Below, in pieces: positions 33,301-36,743 of a stretch of 36,743 bases of DNA. The notes beneath the pieces were generated by a model. The model was given only the letters and a program-made list of their open reading frames with translations. It was not told the DNA's origin and did no database searches. The position numbers and the translations under genes were made by a program. Where the stretch lies: positions 40,696,957-40,733,699 of the forward strand of contig NC_068986.1 in assembly GCF_001194135.2 (NCBI RefSeq), written 5' to 3'. Source of the DNA: Octopus bimaculoides (lineage: Eukaryota). The stretch's first letter is position 1. Each line of letters begins with the position of its first letter.

Positions 33301-36300
33301 GCTCTTAACCACTATGCTCATAGGTATATGGCGTAGTGGTAAGTCTATTATTTCAACCCCCAGTGCTCAACTGGTACTTATGTTTTCAACCCCAAAAGGT
33401 TGAAAGGAAAAATCAACCTCGACAGAATTTGAACTCAAAACGTAAAAATGGACGAAATGCAGTTGAGCATTTTGTCCGGCGCAGTAACAATTCTGCCAGG
33501 TCGCTGCCTTCAATTAAAACAATAATCAGTTTGCAAGTCATCATTTGAGTTCTTGTTGTTCACCTTGCAAATAACAAATTATTATCAGTTGACATATACC
33601 AATAGCTTTTGTTAAAAGATGTGAAAAAAAAAAAAAAAAGTGAAAAAAAATAAAGACTCCTCAATATGTTCCAAGGAATGCTATTGAACGTTTTCACAAC
33701 CTCACACAGAATTACATAAACTACATGTGGTTTTCAAACTGTGCCATCCTAATTCCCCCATATCCTTTCTACTATGGGCACAAGACCTGAAATTGTGCAG
33801 AAGGGGGCTAGTCGGATCCTTGGGGTTTGACGGGCAACATTTGTTTTCTTAACGAAACACTTTCAAACTTGGGACACTGGTAGAATGTGTCATATAAAAC
33901 AACTTCTTCTCTTAACCTTCTTAACAAAAAATTGTACATCGCAAGTTATTTCATGTTAAAGTTGTCGTATTTCTGTAATTTCAACCAATCACTGACGTCT
34001 ATTGAGGTGAAAACAATTAATGCCGTAACGGTGTCATGGGATCTTTTCCCTTGAATAAAATTAGTCTCGTTGTTTGTCAACAANNNNNNNNNNNNNNNNN
34101 NNNNNNNNNNNNNNNNNNNNNNNNNNNNNNNNNNNNNNNNNNNNNNNNNNNNNNNNNNNNNNNNNNNNNNNNNNNNNNNNNNNNNNNNNNNNNNNNNNNN
34201 NNNNNNNNNNNNNNNNNNNNNNNNNNNNNNNNNNNNTGTTGTTGACAAACAACGAGACTAATTTTATTCAAGGGAAAAGATCCCATGACACCGTTACGGC
34301 ATTAATTGTTTTCACCTCAATAGACGTCAGTGATTGGTTGAAATTACCGAAATACGACAATTTTTTTACATAAAATAACTTCGAATACAGAATTTTTTAT
34401 CTGTTCTATACCACAAAATATACAAATATTCGAAGTTTGAAAGTGTTTCGGTACCAAAAACACTACAAAAAAAAATGTTGCCTGTCAAACCCCAAAGATC
34501 CGGCTAGTCAATTACATCACCACCGATACCAAACTGGTATATGTTTCATCAACCCCTAAAGGATGAAAGGCAAAGTCGACCTTGGTGGAATTTGAACTCA
34601 GGACTTAAAGATGAATGAAATGCCACAATCATTTCCCACGTACCAGCCCAGTCACACTATAGTTGATGTTAATCTGGCACACCGTTGGCTACAACGATGA
34701 GGGTTCCAGTTGATCCGATTAACAGAACAGCTTCCTCGTGAAATTAATCTGCAAGCGGTTGAGTACTCCTCAGGTACGTGTACTCTTAACGTAGTTCTCA
34801 GGGAAATTCAGCGTGACAGAGAGTATGACGAGGCTGGGGATCTTGTTAAAAACGGGGCACCAGTATTTTCTTAACGAAACACTTTGAAACTTGGGACACT
34901 GGTAGAATGTGTCATATAAAACATCTTTTTCTCTTAGTCTTCTTAAGAAAAATTATTATATTGCAACTTATTTCATGTTAAAGTTGTCGTATTTCTGTAA
35001 TTTCAACCAATGACTGACGTCCATTCAGCCGAATACAGTAAGTGCTGACTACGTAAACAAACGATTCTCAAACGATTCTGGCTGTGATAAAATTATTATT
35101 TCCTTGTCAAAAAATGGCTGAAGCATATTGGCAGTAGCTAATAAACCTTTCTATTATAGGCACAAGGCCTGGTTTNNNNNNNNNNNNNNNNNNNNNNNNN
35201 NNNNNNNNNNNNNNNNNNNNNNNNNNNNNNNNNNNNNNNNNNNNNNNNNNNNNNNNNNNNNNNNNNNNNNNNNNNNNNNNNNNNNNNNNNNNNNNNNNNN
35301 NNNNNNNNNNNNNNNNNNNNNNNNNNNNNNNNNNNNNNNNNNNNNNNNNNNNNNNNNNNNNNNNNNNNNNNNNNNNNNNNNNNNNNNNNNNNNNNNNNNN
35401 NNNNNNNNNNNNNNNNNNNNNNNNNNNNNNNNNNNNNNNNNNNNNNNNNNNNNNNNNNNNNNNNNNNNNNNNNNNNNNNNNNNNNNNNNNNNNNNNNNNN
35501 NNNNNNNNNNNNNNNNNNNNNNNNNNNNNNNNNNNNNNNNNNNNNNNNNNNNNNNNNNNNNNNNNNNNNNNNNNNNNNNNNNNNNNNNNNNNNNNNNNNN
35601 NNNNNNNNNNNNNNNNNNNNNNNNNNNNNNNNNNAAATAAAGTATTTTGCTTAAGGTCACAACGCGTCGCCCAGGATCGAACTCACGGCCTTACTATCAT
35701 GAGCCCAATATACTAACCACTAAACCACGCACCTTCACAGTTGATGTTAAACGACGCTGCTAACTGCATAACACAGTTTCTTAATATTTTTTTCGACCTC
35801 GTCTCTCCTAACATTCTGAATGTAGGAGCAACCATTCTGTTGATAAAAAAATCGGACCTATTCATTTTTTAAACAAAAAAATGGTGAGATATGCATTAAA
35901 GACCCCCCTCCTCCCCCAAAAAAACATGTAGTTAGGCAATTACCACCTCACTGGAATTTATGAAATTATAATTTTTATCTCAATATATAAACTCATAATG
36001 CAGTAATCAGGCTCATATTTGGGGATAATGCATCGGTAACTGTGCACAGAAAAGTAAACAATAAGAGAAGAGAGAAAAAAACAAACAAACTCCAGAAAGT
36101 TTTCTCTATTTTCAAACCGCTAAGAGTATTATGGAATGTGTCAGTCACCTCCCTTGCTCAGAAGCGAAGCATTGAGTTGTTGAAATGTGGAACGTTTATT
36201 GATGGCACTGTTCCAAGGTGAGAGTATCTCGTGATGCATTATTAAATAGTACTTGTTAGAATGAACTGTTATATAACTAACTTATACAATGTTCTTACAG

Positions 36301-36578
36301 CTTGTTTTTACAAAAAACTATAGAGAGCAATGAAAGAGAAGAGAAATCCAAGCTTCCGAATTTTTGCAATACTCAACACGCTAAAGTTTTGAGATAAATA
36401 GATAGAGTGAGAAAGGGAGAGAGATAGATAGATAGATAGAGAGAGAGAGATGATGATGAAGAAGAAATTAATTTAAACAAATACAGTTACCGAATGTTTC
36501 AACACATCCTTTCCCAATTCCACGAGCACCACCAGTGATAATGACAACTTTGTCCTTATATCGGAGAGACGAGGCCAT
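19735..36578 (-). CDS. HSD17B14: HSD17B14-like short-chain dehydrogenase/reductase, copy B (complete, 9 exons, 267 aa)
   Basis: complement(join(19735-19884,21139-21235,23339-23406,25311-25415,28182-28273,29089-29155,30908-31005,32780-32818,36491-36578)) = 804 nt. All introns GT-AG. Starts [22 protein letters not shown] (TGxxxGIG) and has an acidic Asp40 at the end of beta2, the established NAD(H)-preference signature. Also NNAG, Ser146, Tyr159 and Lys163. Confidence 0.95.
20498..20734 (+). mobile_element. Mariner 5'-end fragment
   Basis: TA followed by TGAGAAGGTACCCAAAAGT (TIR-like); ATG at 20693 gives [14 protein letters not shown], resembling a mariner N-terminus. Confidence 0.5.
21139..21235 (-). 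CDS. HSD17B14: copy B exon 8 (97 nt) [32 protein letters not shown]
   Basis: Mirror of 10019-10115; 14 nt differences, 9 amino-acid changes. Visible in ORF track entry 20983..21282. Confidence 0.94.
21790..23234 (-). mobile_element. 5'-truncated, decayed R4/Dong-like non-LTR retrotransposon (restriction-like endonuclease type)
   Basis: Frameshifted ORF pieces: [15 protein letters not shown] (RT end), [23 protein letters not shown] (zinc knuckle), RHDK, ILWDF..TD..HQRPNIV..CLIID (endonuclease), LQKSALLG. Stop at about 21925; (TAA)n tail at 21790-21832. Confidence 0.88.
23339..23406 (-). CDS. HSD17B14: copy B exon 7 (68 nt) [23 protein letters not shown]
   Basis: Mirror of 6772-6839; GCA>ACG (A>T172). 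Confidence 0.95.
25311..25415 (-). CDS. HSD17B14: copy B exon 6 (105 nt) [35 protein letters not shown]
   Basis: Mirror of 4867-4971; 2 amino-acid changes, 2 synonymous. Confidence 0.95.
25612..25790 (+). mobile_element. SINE family 1, 5' half
   Basis: GGCTGTGTGGTAAGAAGTTTG head; matches 17355 onward. Confidence 0.75.
25795..26935 (+). mobile_element. Decayed mariner (DD34D) transposon with right TIR
   Basis: [19 protein letters not shown] start (25834), [31 protein letters not shown], with stops and frameshifts; ends GGGATGACCCAG-TA. Left TIR not seen. Confidence 0.92.
28182..28273 (-). CDS. HSD17B14: copy B exon 5 (92 nt) [31 protein letters not shown]
   Basis: Mirror of 3183-3274; 4 amino-acid changes, 2 synonymous; gttagt donor. 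Confidence 0.93.
28313..28877. mobile_element. hAT (Charlie-like) non-autonomous element, 565 bp
   Basis: Perfect 16-bp TIR CAGTGGTTCCCAAACT; perfect 8-bp TSD CACTATAC (28305-28312, 28878-28885); absent from the copy A intron. Confidence 0.95.
29089..29155 (-). CDS. HSD17B14: copy B exon 4 (67 nt)
   Basis: Mirror of 2874-2940; E>D79 plus one synonymous change. Confidence 0.95.
29607..30580 (+). mobile_element. Tc1-like transposon, 3'-truncated
   Basis: TA + CAGGGGTTGGACAAAATAATGGAAACACC left end; [55 protein letters not shown]; gap at 29948-30141. Confidence 0.9.
30585..30800 (+). mobile_element. RTE-like LINE reverse transcriptase fragment
   Basis: [21 protein letters not shown] and AIFLVKQ*QENY resemble RT domains 0-2. 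Confidence 0.7.
30908..31005 (-). CDS. HSD17B14: copy B exon 3 (98 nt)
   Basis: Mirror of 197-294; one change (K>Q55). Confidence 0.93.
31680..31890 (+). repeat. Abundant interspersed repeat (GGCACAAGGCCTGAAATTTT family)
   Basis: Further copies at about 15404-15540, 15815-15935, 19125-19205, 24080-24265, 32600-32705, 33345-33510 and 33765-34640. Class not determined. Confidence 0.75.
32780..32818 (-). CDS. HSD17B14: copy B exon 2 (39 nt) [13 protein letters not shown]
   Basis: Long polypyrimidine tract + ttgcag acceptor, gtatgg donor; phase 1/1 bridges exons 1 and 3 exactly. Confidence 0.92.
33075..33320 (-). mobile_element. tRNA-derived SINE (family 4) with internal (AAT)n
   Basis: Minus-strand head GCATAGTGGTTAAGAGC...GTTCGATTCC (A and B boxes). 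Confidence 0.7.
33814..34501. mobile_element. Foldback-like TIR element with 8-bp TSD
   Basis: 29-bp TIR GGATC(C/T)TTGGGGTTTGAC(G/A)GGCAACATTT; TSD GGCTAGTC (33806-33813, 34502-34509); inner arms 33962-34083 and 34239-34360 differ at 1 of 122; central gap. Confidence 0.88.
34838..35140. mobile_element. Left part of a sibling of the 33814 element
   Basis: Starts GGATCTT; about 34866-35025 matches 33843-34002; interrupts a family-2 SINE. Confidence 0.7.
36491..36578 (-). CDS. HSD17B14: copy B exon 1 (88 nt) [29 protein letters not shown]
   Basis: ATG at 36578-36576; gtaact donor; glycine-rich Rossmann motif. Confidence 0.94.
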
Positions 36579-36659
36579 GACTACAGATATCGCTTTCGCT
36601 TACGAAAATGAATTCAACAAGTTCTGGTTGTCTTTTTGTGGCAAGCTTTGTAAAACAGG

Positions 36660-36696
36660 CTCCACCCATATACAAATGTAACGACATAATTGGCTG
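36660..36696 (-). promoter_or_regulatory. Candidate proximal promoter of copy B (CCAAT box and GT box)
   Basis: Minus-strand AGCCAAT at about 36695-36689 and GGGTGGAG at 36667-36660, 80-115 nt upstream of the ATG. Motif match only. Confidence 0.35.
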
Positions 36697-36703
36697 GTCC
36701 CTA

Positions 36704-36710
36704 ATATGCA

Positions 36711-36743
<33 letters not shown>
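36704..36743. repeat. (TA)n microsatellite
   Basis: Seen directly. Confidence 0.98.

Noticed and set aside
642-35660. Most entries in the six-frame ORF track
   Set aside because: They are short, start at alternative codons, and run through microsatellites, N-gaps, SINEs or decayed transposons. Only pieces overlapping the HSD17B14 exons or TE relics carry recognisable protein signal.
197-36578. Copies A and B as two alleles assembled side by side
   Set aside because: About 5% exon divergence, roughly 15% divergence in alignable intron flanks, and wholly different fixed-looking TE sets are too much for typical alleles. Not formally excluded without read depth.

Overview
AT-rich, repeat-dense animal genomic DNA with six N-gaps (2017-2543, 9173-9300, 18626-18709, 29948-30141, 34084-34236, 35176-35634). 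The SINE families and microsatellite load resemble an octopus genome (my inference, not verified). The ORF track misses the real genes because they are spliced. I reconstructed by hand two convergent (tail-to-tail) paralogs of the short-chain dehydrogenase HSD17B14. Copy A (+) has coding exons 3-9 at 197-14876, with exons 1-2 upstream of the window. Copy B (-) is complete: 9 exons, 36578-19735, 804 nt, 267 aa. All introns are GT-AG and both frames are open. Over the shared 677 nt I count 33 nucleotide differences: 20 amino-acid changes and 9 synonymous-only codons. Nine of the 20 changes fall in the 32-codon exon 8, the SDR substrate-binding lid, and 4 more fall in exon 5. The Ser/Tyr/Lys catalytic residues are unchanged. 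This is the best candidate here for new biology: a lineage-specific enzyme pair possibly diverging in substrate specificity. The introns hold different transposon sets in each copy (Dong/R4-like LINE, Tc1, mariner, hAT MITE, foldback-like element, candidate solo LTR, nested SINEs). For some of these the paralog supplies the empty site.
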